Shown here in pieces: positions 15,094-28,670 of a stretch of 64,000 nt of DNA (position 1 is the stretch's first letter; every line of letters starts with the position of its first letter). The stretch is taken from the NCBI GenBank assembly GCA_951406725.2, contig OX597824.1:26598001-26662000 (forward strand). Direction: 5' to 3'. The stretch comes from Octopus vulgaris (taxonomy: Eukaryota). The notes under the pieces were generated by a model. The model saw only the letters and a list, made by a program, of their open reading frames with translations, ran no database searches and was not told where the DNA came from. Position numbers and translations under genes: made by a program.

Positions 15094-15165
<72 letters not shown>

Positions 15166-15716
15166 ATTATATCATTTTATATATATACATGCACACACAT
15201 AAAGGTAAGAAGTCAGGAGGTATGAGAAGATCTTCAGCATTACGGCCGTTTCGCAGTCTTTTTCATACACACGAAGACGGTTGCGAAACAGCCGTAACCC
15301 AAAGGACGTGAAGTAGTAAAATACAAAATGCAATGTTAATAAAATAAATATATTAACCTATCACACTTCCTGGCTTTTTATAGTTTACATACACCTCATG
15401 AAATAATTTCATTGAACTTGTGGATTTCATCGATCTTCTGCATGGATACTTTGCATTATACGTCTTTGTATCGGGCAGCTAAGACATCATCGATCTGACC
15501 GATGATGGCTCAGCTACCCGAAACTTCGAAGTCATTGTCAATACTATTCTTGTTAAAGAGTAATAAACTTGTAATTTGTATTCTACAAAACTATAGAGAA
15601 GCCAATCAGATTAATGTACAGTTGTTAATATAAATGAACAGAAGAACAAATGTGAGTATACACATACATTCATATATACATACATAAATACATACATACA
15701 TACATATATACATATC

Positions 15717-15805
<89 letters not shown>

Positions 15806-16149
15806 CTCTCTATATATATATATATATACGCTTATCCTTATAAAATTTAATTTATACGTGACACACACACACACTTGTGCGCACGCACACAACATACATA
15901 CATGGATACATACACACATACATACATATAATATAATATAGTATATTATATATATAACATAATATAATATATAATATAATAAATATAATATAATATAATA
16001 TAATATATATATGTACATATACCGTCTTTAAAAAATATATATCCGAAAGAAGCACGGCCTAAGATATAGAGCAGTATAATACCATAAACCGGCCTTATCC
16101 ATTTTTAATAAATATGTATGTGTGTATATACATATAAGTATATACATAC

Positions 16150-16180
<31 letters not shown>

Positions 16181-16849
16181 ATACACACACGGCTACAAAC
16201 GTACAGATACATATATACGCTATAATACAATAAATATGTGTTTGTGTGCGTACGTGTGTGTCAACGATCTTTATCACTGCAGTTGCATAAGATCGTTTCA
16301 ATCCAGTACACGAATGCGATAGCATATCTGCAGCTACATTTTAACATTGGTCTCATGTCCGTAAAAAAAGACTCTGGCCACCATTCATAGATATTGGTTG
16401 AATAACTGTGAATTTGCTAACTAATTATCAAGTATTGGTATCGTACACGGTATTTCATTCTTTATACTGTATGAAACACCCAACCCCATCGATATTGTAA
16501 TATCAACAGCGTAACTCATTTTTATCGAAAATCGATGTAAAGGTAATTTTGCTCTCTATCGGAGCAGATTTTTCTTAACACTGTTGTTCATACTAGTGTC
16601 TCAATAGTGCACATGCGCATACAAAGCTTTTATTTACATTAAGAGTATTCTTCATGTGTTATAAGATATACATATTTCTTTCCGTATATTCGATGATTGG
16701 GAAACTTTCACAAAACTTAAAACATTGGTACTTAATATTTTTAAAATATCTATCAGGTATAGTGCATATTTTGGTATTGCATCATCGCCTAGTTATTGAA
16801 TAAAATTTGATGTAATTAGAATTGTCGGTTAACACCCCTGTAGTTATGC

Positions 16850-16912
<63 letters not shown>

Positions 16913-16948
16913 ATATAGTATTAATATATGTATATATGTATATATATG

Positions 16949-16987
<39 letters not shown>

Positions 16988-17019
16988 GTATAAATATATA
17001 AAGAGATGTGTGTATTTTC

Positions 17020-18075
17020 CCTTGCTAACAATTAACACGGAAGAATAGATAAATAGTTACCAGGGTAGCAAAAAATCACACAAGTAAAAAGGTTGTAACT
17101 CATTGTTTTTAAAGGTAGAAACTTCGGGTTTACGTGAAATTTTTTGTATGATATATAAATAAATATATGGAGTTTAACGCAGGTGTAAATCAAATTCTTT
17201 TAATTCCGACGCATCTTTCGAAGATATCACTGATATTATTAAAATGGAATAAAATGGTGTAAAACAATGTAATCTTCTCTTCAGGGAAGTGAAGAAAAGA
17301 AACTCGTCATTAAGACATTTCAACAGAAAATGATGGATATGTATAGTGATTAACTGAACGCTATTAATATTGTTTGAAAAACGTTATATCAGAGGCAGAT
17401 AGAAAGAGGAGGGATTCATTAAAGAAAAATTAAATAAATGAGAAGTATATGTATAGTAAATAAAACCTTATAGACTAGGAAAAATATATATTTAGTGAAT
17501 GTGAAATATAAAAAGAAAATTAATGTTTGAATTATATATAATGATAGAGATCACTTATATGAACTAAAAGTGTGTTTTTGCCAATGTTTACATCGGTATG
17601 CACGCTCTATAACCGTGTTTACTAGGGGATTTTTAGAAAAAATAATAAAAAATAGATCAGACTTACAGAGAAGACAGAATTCCTTGCCTTTGTCATAAGG
17701 TATCGAGATTCAGTGAATCAACCAATCTAAATTAAACTCTTTATTGTGGTCTTTTAGATCCCAAATTAATTTACCAAGCCCTGTACTGTTACGTTTATTC
17801 CTATCCCTAAATGTCGAGTAATGATTAGAAATCCTTCTAGATAACTGTAAAGACGTGCTTCCAATATGAAAATATGCTAATAAACTTGATTCTGTTGGAA
17901 TTGACTTCAGATACAATAACCTTGTTATTAATATTTCAATAGGGATGGATGGTATTAGCTAAATTAATGTTAGTATTAGTAAATGTATTAATATTTAACT
18001 GGTTGTTATTATGTGAAGAGATAATTTGTAAGAGATTTCACATGGTGTAGATGTATATTTTAAAATCTGTTCAGA
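17020..18075 (-). mobile_element. Penelope-like retroelement 3' remnant (GIY-YIG endonuclease region + pLTR)
   Basis: Minus-strand peptides IISSHNN, HIGSTS..RRISNHYSTF..NSTGLGKLIWDLKD..W and PYDKGKEFCLLC...RCKHWQK* (stop 17551-17553) match the C-terminus of PLE polyproteins. The frame is disrupted. Confidence 0.8.
17205..17289 (-). ncRNA. Type I hammerhead motif with long stem-II insert, downstream of Penelope-like ORF
   Basis: ttcc-CTGAAGA-GAAGAT...ATCTTC-GAAA-gatgc-GTC-ggaa, with one stem III mismatch. Confidence 0.6.
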
Positions 18076-18367
18076 ATAACGCTACTTTAGTGAGTAAAAG
18101 GTGTTTCTCTTATTAATTATTGGAGAAATAAACAGGTTACCGATTTAAGCTGCAGGAGTCGACATATTTTTAGAGAAAGGCGCTCAAAACGGGTTTTTTA
18201 AACGGTCTTCCACACTTGCACATCCGAAGTTGACGGCACCATATATGCATGTATGTATTATGTATACACGTATGTTGTTATTAAAAAAAATAAACGAAGA
18301 AAAACACATCAACGCAAGAACGTGGTGCATGCAAATATTTAAGGACGCTCAAGGTAAGAAAGAAAGG

Positions 18368-18406
18368 TTGTTTAACGTTTCGAGCAAAGCTCTTCTTCAG
18401 AAACAA
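18368..18406 (-). ncRNA. Minimal type I hammerhead ribozyme, canonical core
   Basis: ttgttt-CTGAAGA-A-GAGC-ttt-GCTC-GAAAC-GTT-aaacaa: 6-bp stem I, 4-bp stem II, palindromic AACGTT stem III and a GUU cleavage triplet. It lies within a family-C-related element at ~18290-18455. Confidence 0.75.
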
Positions 18407-18599
18407 GAGACAGAGGAAGTCCAAAAGAATAGGAAAGCGGAGGAAATAAATCTCTAACATGTATGTATGTATGTATGTATGTATGTATGTATGTATGTAT
18501 GTATATGTAAGCTTGCCTACCTAGCAACGAGGTGACATCTTTCGAAAGCGGAGAAGCGCATTGTGACCAGCGGTGTATAGCGACATACGATAACCTGGC

Positions 18600-19265
18600 A
18601 TAATGCTTAGCAGTATTTTGTTCAAATTCCACCGAGGTTGACTTTGTCTTTCATCCTTTCAGCGTCGATAGAATAAAGTAGTAATTGAGTACTGGGTGTA
18701 GATGTTGCTGACTTGTCAAAATTTTAACCCAGTATTTCTAGGTGGAATTTGAACTCTGGACGTAAATTCGGACAAAATACCTATCTCTTTACTACCCACA
18801 ATTTGAACTCAGAACGTAGCGGCAGACGAAATACCGCTAAGCATTTCGCCCGGCGTGCTAACGTTTCTGCCAGCTCGCCGCCTTTCTATTTCTTTACTAC
18901 CCACAAAGAGCTAAACACGAAAGGGACAAACATGGACAGACAAACGGATTAAGTCGATTATATCGATCCCAGTGCGTAACTAGTACTTATTTAATCGACC
19001 CCGAAAGGATGAAAGGCAAAGTCGACCTCGGCGGAATTTGAACTCAGAACGTAACGGCAAACGAAATACCTATTTCTTTACTACCCACAAGGAGACAAAC
19101 AAGGACAGACAGACGGATTAAGCCGATTATATCGACACCAGTGCGTAACTGGTACTTAATTTATCGACCCCGAAAGGATGAAAGGCAACGTCGACATCGA
19201 CGGAATTTGAACTCAGAATTTGAACTTAGAATTTGAACTTAGCCCGGTGGGCTAACGACTCTGAC
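18600..19265 (-). mobile_element. SINE family B cluster (nested/tandem copies)
   Basis: Repeated GGCGGAATTTGAACTCAGAACG and TCGACCCCGAAAGGATGAAAGGCAAAGTCGAC blocks. Confidence 0.85.
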
Positions 19266-19814
19266 AACACGTCATTTTGCGCTAAGAACTAATATGGAAC
19301 AGATGAATAATCAATTGTTAGAAACGAATAGATTCGCAGGAATTATTGGAAGAAAGCTGCTGTAATTTGTCAGAATAAAGTCGAGATATTACACGATCGA
19401 AGCTCAGGATCTTAAAGATATTAATATATATATATATTTGCAGATTTAATTATGCTTTTGTCCTATATTGTATTTCTCTGTGGGCGTTCAGATGCAAAAT
19501 CAGTCAGTTTAAAAATGGAAACATATTCACACACATATACATACAAATATACACACAAATATGTAATGTATGTATGTATGCATGTATGTATGTATGTATG
19601 TATGTATGTATGTATGTATGTATGTATGTATGTATGTATGTATGCATGTGTGTGTGTATTGATATATCTATCTTTTATTTGTTTCAGTCATTTGACTGCG
19701 GCCATGTTCGAGCACTGCCTTCCAGGATGTAGTCGAAAAACAAAATCGATCCTCAAAACTTACTGTTAGGACAAGAACTTATAGTAACGGTCTCTTTTCA
19801 CTGAACTGCTAATA

Positions 19815-19855
<41 letters not shown>

Positions 19856-19921
19856 GTGTACACACATGTACGCGTGTGTGTTTGTGTACGTATATGTGCG
19901 TGTTTCTGTACGTATATATGC

Positions 19922-19973
<52 letters not shown>

Positions 19974-20108
19974 GTACATGTGTATATACATTAAATTTAT
20001 ATACATACGAACATATACATGCGTATATTTCGGCAGATATATCTCTTTTGGTTTCCATCGACTTCTCTCTCCCTATCTTTCTTTCTCGTTCTCTTTCTGT
20101 GCTCCTAT

Positions 20109-20199
<91 letters not shown>

Positions 20200-20201
20200 T
20201 C

Positions 20202-20244
<43 letters not shown>

Positions 20245-20888
20245 AGACACACATTTGTGTTCCCATGCGCTGCCATAATCTCCTCCGTTTAAGCCAGAAA
20301 AAGGCCTTTTCCTTTGTTTTTCTTGTTTTTTTTTTATTTCTCGTATTGTATTTTATTGTACATGTATTTTTATCTTGTATTTTATTTTGTAGTTTTATTT
20401 GTATCGTTTTTTACGTCCTGTTTGTGCTACATTTTTTCTTGCTTATTTTTACCCCTCTGCGAGGTAATTTTATTTTAATTCTCTCGCAGGAAGGACTAGT
20501 TTGGCGAGTAGTGTTCTGTCTTGCCTTCGAAACACGCTAGAGTCGAACTAGTGACAGCTGATGAAGGGGATTTTTCCTTGTGTAGTATGTCCTGTACTCT
20601 GTTTTTCTGTTGTAAAAAAATGGTTTTTCCGTTTTCGTTTCTCGTTGAGTTCTACGTCTAGTTGTGGTGTTCTGTACTCACGTATATATATTTATATATG
20701 CATGTATATATACATGTAGATGTAGGTACGTACATATATGTTTGTATGTATGCATATATTTTATTTATTACACTATATATATGTATATATATATATATGT
20801 ATGTATATATGCATATGTATATATGTATATGTGTATGTATATATATATATATAAATGAAAGAACGACGATTTTAACAAAATTCCTTTA

Positions 20889-20969
20889 CTCTCGACATGT
20901 TTCGAAGACTGCATATTCTTAATTCCGAAGGAATAAAGGGAGCATTATGCCGCCTTCTCAACAGGAAAG
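20889..20969 (-). ncRNA. Type I hammerhead motif with extended stem II (A6U core)
   Basis: ctttc-CTGTTGA-GAAGGCGGCATA...TATGCAGTCTTC-GAAAC-AT-GTC-gagag, with palindromic ACATGT stem III. Confidence 0.6.
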
Positions 20970-21119
20970 ACAAGGAACCTATGTCAGCATCATGACGAAC
21001 AATTTCTGCCCTTGGCATGTAACTTCAACCGTATTTTCTGACGTTAATTTGCTACCCGGGTATCGGTTAACCAAATTATCTATACTAGGATAATTCATTC
21101 ACCTACTTATATATCTATA

Positions 21120-21169
<50 letters not shown>

Positions 21170-21958
21170 CGTCAGTATATATACTTATGTATACAATATA
21201 TACACGCATATATATATACATATGTATACAAGCAGCATATATATAAGCATATATATATATATATATATATATATGTGAATGTGTGTGTGTGTGTGTGTGT
21301 ACACGCACGTGTGTGTGTGTACACGCACGTGTGCGTGTGTGTTTGCGTACATATGCTTGTATGTGCGTGTACACAAACGGGTGATAGAGAAACGAAATTA
21401 AGCGTATTAAAGTACTGGAAGTATACAGGTAGAGTGGGATAATATAAACTGAATGACGATGCACTACTACTTTTCCTATTGGTTCCTAGACTCACAATGT
21501 TCAGTTCTCCATAAATATTATGCGTTCACACCTACGCATGCATAAAGTTATTTTCATGTCTATGTATATAGTTATATATATATTTATTCATATATGCATG
21601 CACACATATATGTGTGTATATACATATATGTACGTGTTTGTGCATACTTATACATACATACATGCATACATACATACATACATACATACACACACATACA
21701 TACATACATGCATACATACGCACACACACACACATATATATACATATTTATTTTATTCTATTTTATTAAAATTATATTTTATTTCATCTAGTTTCAGCTC
21801 ACGAGCTGTGGCCATGCTGGGGCACCGCCATTCGGTGTTGCTACATGATTTTACTTCACGAATGCTTTTTAGCAATTGACATTTGGTATATGAGAGAGTT
21901 CGATGCAGCTGCCCTCATCTGCACCTCCTATATGTATATGTATATGTATATATATATG

Positions 21959-22017
<59 letters not shown>

Positions 22018-22535
22018 ATATATATATATATGTTCATATATATATGTGTGTGTGTGCCTCTGTGTGTGTGTACGCGCTTTTCTGTGAGCACAAGTGTATG
22101 TTTATTTATAATTTGAATCTCCTGAGTGCCTCGTTTCTCTATTTCCTTGCGTTTGTCTGACTCTTCCCATACGTAAATACATACCTACATACATATATGT
22201 GTGTGTGTGTACATATACACACGCACATATATATGTATAAACAGTGAGGGAGAGAAAGAAAGAGAGAAAGAGAGAGAGAGAGAGAGAGGGTGTGTGGAGA
22301 GAATGAATGAGAAGCACATAAAGAACCAGACAGATAATTTTTAATTACATCAAAGTAAATAATATCGAATAAAAAAATGTATTTGAATGCGACAAATATA
22401 CAAATATATGTTTCACTCCTACGGGAATACTTTAAGTATTGAATAAATATAAATTCTTATATATTCACAATAATGTCAACGATAACATAGAAGTATGTAA
22501 TAAGGAAATGCAAACAAGGCATTTAAAATATGTGA

Positions 22536-22700
22536 GTGCTGGAGTGGCTGTGTGGTAAAAAGCTTGTTTTCCAACTGCATGGTTCCGGGTTCAGTCCCAC
22601 TGACTAACAACTTGAGCAAGTGTTTTCTACTGTAGCCTCGGACCAAATATAATCCTTGTGAGTGGATTTGATTGGCTGGCGGAAACTGAAGGAAGAACGC
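22536..22700 (+). mobile_element. SINE family A 5' half
   Basis: GGAGTGGCTGTGTGGTAA...GGTTCAGTCCCAC...GGAAACTGAAGGAAG. Confidence 0.8.
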
Positions 22701-22869
22701 CCGCCCGCCCGCCCTATCTATCTATCTATCTATCTATCTGAGTGTGTGTGTTTTTGCACGTGTGCGTATTTCTCTTCCAAAATACATCAGTTCAAGTTTT
22801 CCCTCGCTGAGTCGCATTTTTTTTTTTGGCTTCCCATTGACTTACGGGCATGTAGATGAAACTGGAGTT

Positions 22870-23930
22870 TAGTTCGGCCTTCTTCTCAGTTGATAATTAT
22901 CTGGAGCTTGGAGTCATCAGTGAATATTTTCACTTTGCTGTGTTTTATGTCTCTGGAAAAGTCGTTTACGTAGACTATAAACATAAGCGGGCTACTGGTG
23001 ACTTTTGCTGGGCTTGAGGGGATTCCACCGATCACAACATATGTTCTGTTCTCCAGGAAATACTCAGTCCAGTGTAGTAGTTTTCCACGGGTTCCAACAT
23101 TTGACAATTTCGACAGTAGGATATTGTGGTCGACTCTGTCGAACGCTTTACTGAAGTATGGCATCAGATGTATGGCATCAGAGTTGGAACCTGATCCCAA
23201 GGTTTTAAGGACATCATCGATGTGCTACGTTAGACAGTCCCTGCCGCAGCGAAAGCCATGCTAGTTTGAATTTAGGAGATTGTGGCTCTCCAGGAAACCA
23301 GCTATCCTTGATCTCACCACCTTATCAAACACTTTGATGATATGGGATATGAATGAGATTAGGCGATAGTTAACTGCGAGGGATCTGTTTCCTTGTTTGA
23401 AAACCGGGATGACAGACTGGGATAAGGGCTGTTTCGGTATATAACCTGAGTCTAAAGAACTTCTCCAGAGTCTGGTTAGAGGGACAACAAGTTTGTGACT
23501 ACATTCCTTCAGGAGACTAGCGGGGAATCTATCAGCGCCTACATCAGAATACTATTTGATCTCAGCTATGGCCTAGATTATATGTTGAAGATCGACTTCG
23601 TTTTGTTCACATCCTTTGCGTCAATATCAATGGGATCTCTAAAGACAGAGCAGTATTGTTCCTGCAGTACTTCTGCCATTTCTTTAACATCATTTTGGCG
23701 AATGTTGTTATTATCAATCTGTGCGAGACAGTGGCCCTATGCTTATTTTCATATGAACAGAACACTTTTGGATTCTGTTTGATTTTTTTTTTATTACCTA
23801 CTCTTCCTCTGAAGCTCTTTGATTTTCAATGCAGGTTTTCATGTTGGTCTACAGATGAAGTCTTTTCAACTCCAGCTTTTTCAGTTTTGTTGAATGTGGG
23901 TGCTGCTTATGAGAGAACTTTAATTGGTTG
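22870..23930 (-). mobile_element. CR1/L2-group LINE reverse-transcriptase remnant
   Basis: NYRLISLISHIIKVFDK..HGFR, FSKAFDRVDHNILLSKL and PLMFIVYVND..KIFTDDSKL, with stops and deletions. Confidence 0.85.
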
Positions 23931-23954
23931 ATTTTTATATGAAACATATGTTTT

Positions 23955-24240
23955 GTTTGTTCCTTCTCGAGCCATGCCTGGCTCATAAGGGCCGGTTTCC
24001 CGGTTTCTTGGCGTATAGGTTCCCCACTTGGACGGGATGCCGGTCCAACGCAGGTGAGCTGCAACATGCAGGAGGAAAGAGTGAGAGAAAGTTGTGGTGA
24101 AAGAGTCAGCAGAAGTTTCGCCATTACCTTCTGCCGGAGCCGCGTGGAGCTTAGGTGTTTCGCTCATAAACACACACATTGTCCGGTCTGATTCTTCGAC
24201 CGCGAGCCGCTGCTCTAACCACTCGGCCATGTGCCTCCAC
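23955..24240 (-). mobile_element. tRNA-derived SINE (third family, V-domain-like core)
   Basis: Minus-strand head GGCACATGGCCGAGTGGTTAGAGC and core CCTGCGTTGGACCGGCATCCCGTCCAAG. Its 3' part is also at 2753-2871; degenerate relatives are at ~28830-28960, 38745-38960 and 39481-39700. Confidence 0.72.
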
Positions 24241-24621
24241 TATGAAACATGTAGGAATAGAGGTACCTTATATGTGCTCTAGTATAATCCAGAATAAATT
24301 ATAATTAGAATAAGACTATGACACACTGGACTCTTCAGTTCGCGAAAAAAAGCCTTTGTGATGTTACTAGAATAAAGCTCGATAGATACATATAATATGG
24401 ATGAACTTAAAATGCAATTGAACCAACAGGATGTAACTAAATGTCACATCTTAGAATATCTATGCAGCAGAAACACGTGTCGGACAGAAATCTATAGAAA
24501 ATGTGTTGTTTATAATACTGTAATAAACAAGCATTTGAGGATGTATAATTGTCCATTCTTATCTTCAATGTCTTATACACACACACACACACAGATATGT
24601 GTGTGTGTGTGTGTTTATGTG

Positions 24622-24672
<51 letters not shown>

Positions 24673-25169
24673 CCGTAAATATACAAAAAGATATAGCGAA
24701 ATTCATCCAAACGAGAAATCTATGAACACAAACATACATTATACACAAACTGACGTCAGCATACTCTCATAGGCAATTAAACCAACAAACACAGAAATAT
24801 ACGCTCACAGGCCCATACATGCACACACATACACACACATCTCATATACACACATACAAGTACACACACACACACATTGACATGCATCCAATTATTTTAT
24901 AAACAGAGATAAAGAAGGAACCAGACATCTTCATATTAATAAACGGGCAAAAAGAGGTGAGAATGTGTTAGCTTCAAATTTCGCCGATAGAAATACGCCC
25001 ACACACGCACACACGCGCGCATACGCACACAAACACACACACACACATGTTAATTACAGTTACTGCTTGATTAAAGTTCAATTTCTTTGCATATCGATGT
25101 CAGCTTCCTGCTCAAAAACGCAGATAGCAAATAAAAAACCAGTCACACACGCATATACTGAGACACAGG

Positions 25170-25343
25170 CGCATACATGGAATAGATATATGCATATATA
25201 TATTGCATAAGTATTCATCTACGTATTATATGTGTATTACGCGTGTATATATATATATATGCATTATGTATGAACGTATGTATGTAGTTGTGTTTGTATG
25301 TAGTTATACAAGTAGGCCGAATGCATGGAATATATATATGTAC

Positions 25344-25374
<31 letters not shown>

Positions 25375-25899
25375 TGTATGTATGTATGTATGTATGTATG
25401 TATGTATGTATGTATGTATGCATGCATGTATGTATTTATAGTTATACATGTAAGCTTGCATGTATGGAATAGATATATGTATGCATGTATGTATGTATGT
25501 ATGTATATATACATGTATGTGTGTATTACGCGTGTATATATGTATGCATTATGTATGAATGTATGTATGTATTTGTGCTTGTATGTAGTTATACGCGTAA
25601 ACCTGCATGCATGGAATATATATATATGTATGTATGTATTGCATATATATTCATCTATGAATCATGTATGTATTACGCGTGTATATATATCTATGCTTTA
25701 AGTATGAATGTATGTATGTGTTTGTGTTTGTATGTAGATATACTTATAAGTGCATGCATGGAATATATATGTATGTATTGCATATGTATACATCTATGTA
25801 TTATGTGTGTATTACGCGTGTATATGTGTATGCATTATGTATGAATGTATGTATATACTTGTGTTTGTATGTAGTTATACGTGCAAGCCTGCATTCATG

Positions 25900-25947
<48 letters not shown>

Positions 25948-26100
25948 GTAGTGCATGTGTATTCATCTATGTATTATGTATGTATAACGCGTGTATATAT
26001 GTATGCATTATGTATGCATTATGTATGAATGTATGTATGTGTTTGTGTTTGTAATTAGTTATACATATAAGCCTGCATACATGAATATATTTATGTTATT
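25170..26100. repeat. ~140-bp tandem repeat built from degenerate (TATG)n
   Basis: Recurring landmarks ATGGAATA, TATTACGCGTGTATAT, GCATTATGTATGAATG and GTAGTTATAC..AAGCCTGCAT in the same order, ~5-6 times. Confidence 0.75.
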
Positions 26101-27518
26101 ATGTATGTATACGTTTACGTATGTATGTGTTTATGTACGAATCTATATGCATGTATGTCTGTTTGTATATATTGATGTTTTGTATGCCTGCATGCATGTT
26201 TATATATATTTATATAGTATCTTTGTTCGTAGGTACGTACGTATGTATGCACCTATGTATGTATGTATGTATCTATGTATGTATGTATGTATGTATGTAT
26301 GTATGTATGTATGTATTTATGCATGTATGTATGTATGTACGTACGTATGTATGTATGTATGTATGTATGTATGTATGTATGTATGTATGTATGTATGTAT
26401 GTATGTACATATCTTTGTATTTATGTTTTGAATGTATATATTTAAATTTGTATTGATGCATGCATATTTGTATGTATTTATGTATGTATAGATTTATGTA
26501 AGAATGTATATCCGCATATATGAATACACGTATGTGTTTGTGTATGAATTCATGTCTGTATATATTCATGTATAAATATTTATATGTATGTATGTATGTA
26601 GGTAGGTATGCATGGATGTATGCAAATGAGTATGTGCTTGTCAGAGCGTGTACGTATGCATACAGTTTTTACGACCTGGAGGGATCTGCATGTTTTGTGG
26701 TTGGTGAGACTTTTAAAAATTAGCAGAGGAAATTAAAGTTTATAATCATTAGAAAATACATTCGCTGATTCATCTTCTTGTATGTATGCATGTATGTATG
26801 TATGTATGTATGTATGTATGTATGTATGTATGTATGTATGTATGTATGTATGTATGTATGTATGTATGTATGTATGTATGTATGTATGTATGTATGTATG
26901 TATGTATGTATATATGTATGTATGTGCGTGTGTGAGTGAGTGTGTATGCATGTATGTATATTTATATGTATGTATGTACGTGTATGAATGTATGTGTATG
27001 TGAGTGTGTGTGTATGCATGTACGTATATTTATATATATGTATGTATGTATTTATGTATCTATGTATGTATACATGTATGTTTATACGTATGTATGTGCG
27101 TGTGTGTATGCATGTATGTATGTTTATATGTATGTATGTGCGTGTATGAATGTGTGTGTGAGTATTTGTGCGTGTGTATGGTATGCATGTATGTGTGTGT
27201 ATGTATGTATGTATGAATGTACGTATGTGCGCGTGAGTCTGTGTGTATGTGTGTCTGTGTATGCATGTATGTTATGCATGTATGCGTGTATGTTGTGTGC
27301 ATATATGTAATGATGCATGTATGTATGCATGTAATGATGTGTGTGTATGTATTTTCTTGTGTATATGTACATATATGTATTTGTTTTTGTACGTGCATAT
27401 GTATGTGTATGTATATAGCTATCTATGTGTACATGTCTATGCATATATGTATATATATGTATGTGTGCATTCATGCAAATATCTATCTATCTCTCTGTCT
27501 GTCTGACTGTCTGTCTGA

Positions 27519-27549
<31 letters not shown>

Positions 27550-27563
27550 TCTATCTCTATCTA

Positions 27564-27654
<91 letters not shown>

Positions 27655-28261
27655 ATATATATATATATATATATATCTGTCTCTCTGTCTGTCTATCTAT
27701 ATATCTTTTCTTTCCAACATTAAATTTTTTATATATTCTAATGTCTAACATAAAATCTGTCTGTTCCATTAATAAGTTAGAGAAGCAGATAGCTATGGTC
27801 TTTTTTAACATACGGAAAGCTACATAGAGGGTAAACATGACAATATGTACAAAGCAATTAGAGAAAACAGGCAAATGCTTAGATAAAAACTGCACTCTGA
27901 TGTTATAAACAATCGTTTTAGAACCAGAATTATTAGGCTAATAATTAAAGCATCACGATTATTCATGCTCCGATTGGGCTGACTTGTTACGTCTTTTTCA
28001 GAAGAGTAGGCTTAATATACATTTCGCGGTCGCTTGCTCGCTTGCGGGTTTAACTTCTTAGCTTGTACCTCATTTTTGCTATGGTTAAGTGGCGTTTGCT
28101 TAGCATCCAAGGGGATTCAGCTCAGTCATACTGTGCTGGGCCGTGGTAAAGTGTTTGCCACTTCAGCTGCTGGGGGACAAATGCCTTGTTAGTGAATTTG
28201 TTAGATGGAAACTGCTTGGAATCTTTTCGTATCTATACGTATTGGTGTATGTATGTATGTA

Positions 28262-28437
28262 TACGCGTGGCTGTGTGGTAAGAAACTTGCTTCCAAACCA
28301 CATAGTTCCGGGTTCAGTCCCATTGCGAAGCACCTTGGGCAAGGGTCTTCTACTATAGCCTCGGGCCGACTAAAGCCTTGTGAGTGGATTTGGTAGACGG
28401 AAACTGAAAGAAACCCGTCGTATATATATATATGTAT

Positions 28438-28475
<38 letters not shown>

Positions 28476-28670
28476 ATTTGTGTGTGTGTTAGTCCTCCAG
28501 CCATCGCTTGACAACTCATGCTGGTGTTTTTATGGTCCCGTTATATAGCGGTTCGGCAAAAGAAACCGATAGAATAAGTACTAAGCTTACAAAGAATAAG
28601 TCCTGGGGTCGATTTCTTCGACTAAGACAACTTAAGCCGCAGTCAAATGACTGAAAAAAGTAAAAGAATA
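28262..28670 (+). mobile_element. SINE family A
   Basis: Head, internal microsatellite and tail all match the other copies. Confidence 0.85.

Noticed and set aside
16263-16298. Small hairpin AACGATCTT...AAGATCGTT as pre-miRNA
   Set aside because: The stem is too short for a pre-miRNA and no mature sequence is recognisable.
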